Assembly: GCA_002633005.1 (NCBI GenBank)
Contig: NMRA01000812.1
Coordinates: forward strand, 62,001 to 126,000
Source of the DNA: Phoronis australis
Lineage: Eukaryota > Animalia > Phoronida
DNA: 64,000 bases
Direction of reading: 5' to 3'
The notes below the pieces were generated by a model. That model saw nothing but the letters and a program-made list of their open reading frames with translations, searched no databases and had not been told where the DNA came from. Position 1 is the first letter of the stretch. Each line of letters starts with the position of its first letter. A program made the position numbers and the translations under genes. Below, one piece after another: positions 63,502 to 64,000 of this stretch.

Positions 63502-64000
63502 CTGAAATAGAATCACGAGGAGTCAATATTGGTTGAACAGAATACTGGGCACTGGTTGTTATTTCCTTCAAATAAACAAGCTTTATTCACTTTCGTCCAA
63601 TATTCTTCACATATTAAGGAAACTACACGTAGGAGTTAATGTGTGCATAACGCTTAATCGTCGTGAGAGACCGTCCCGAGTTGGTATGTGGTGCAACTCA
63701 GGACGGTCTGGGGTCTACAGAAAACCATTGTTCAACTGTGAGTCTACACCAATGTGATAAACGAGAGTAGTTCTACTTGCTGCGTCAGCTGNGACTCACG
63801 AAGATTTGGCCAGTAAAACCCATATTCAAAACGATGAATGGAAAAATAAAGAACCCTGTAATAAAATAAAAACTGTACACTAAAATCATGTGCAGTGCAA
63901 TTCTTAAAACTCTTGCTGAAATTACAGAATATAGTCTCAATTAGTTTGGGTCACAAAGTTGAGAGCAAACAAAATGATGAAAAAAGTTCGTAACAAACAA

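Overview
Eukaryotic, AT-rich, intron-containing sequence that looks like an invertebrate draft assembly. It has three N-gaps and many single-n joins flanked by near-identical duplicates, probably uncollapsed haplotypes. The right third (46132 to beyond 64000, minus strand) holds the 3' part of a tandem-domain class IIb histone deacetylase gene (HDAC6: end of CD1, linker, CD2, ZnF-UBP). I reconstructed it over 26 exon positions with consistent splice phases. The most striking feature is two tandem 60-nt versions of one CD1 active-site exon, encoding Glu (GCPE) or Lys (GCHK) at the substrate gatekeeper position, with an intronic inverted repeat between them, which suggests a mutually exclusive splicing switch. 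The left half is repeat-dense. It has arrays of a 192-193 bp satellite inside a large duplicated unit that ends in CACTG-TA with different flanks, and a decayed L1/Tx1-type LINE ORF2. An intact 382-codon ORF sits inside the satellite and carries ADP-ribosyltransferase-like motifs plus a C-terminal CCCH-like zinc finger. The middle has a Kolobok-like non-autonomous element, several MITEs and a hairpin-bearing tandem repeat. Most short ORFs in the supplied track are spurious.
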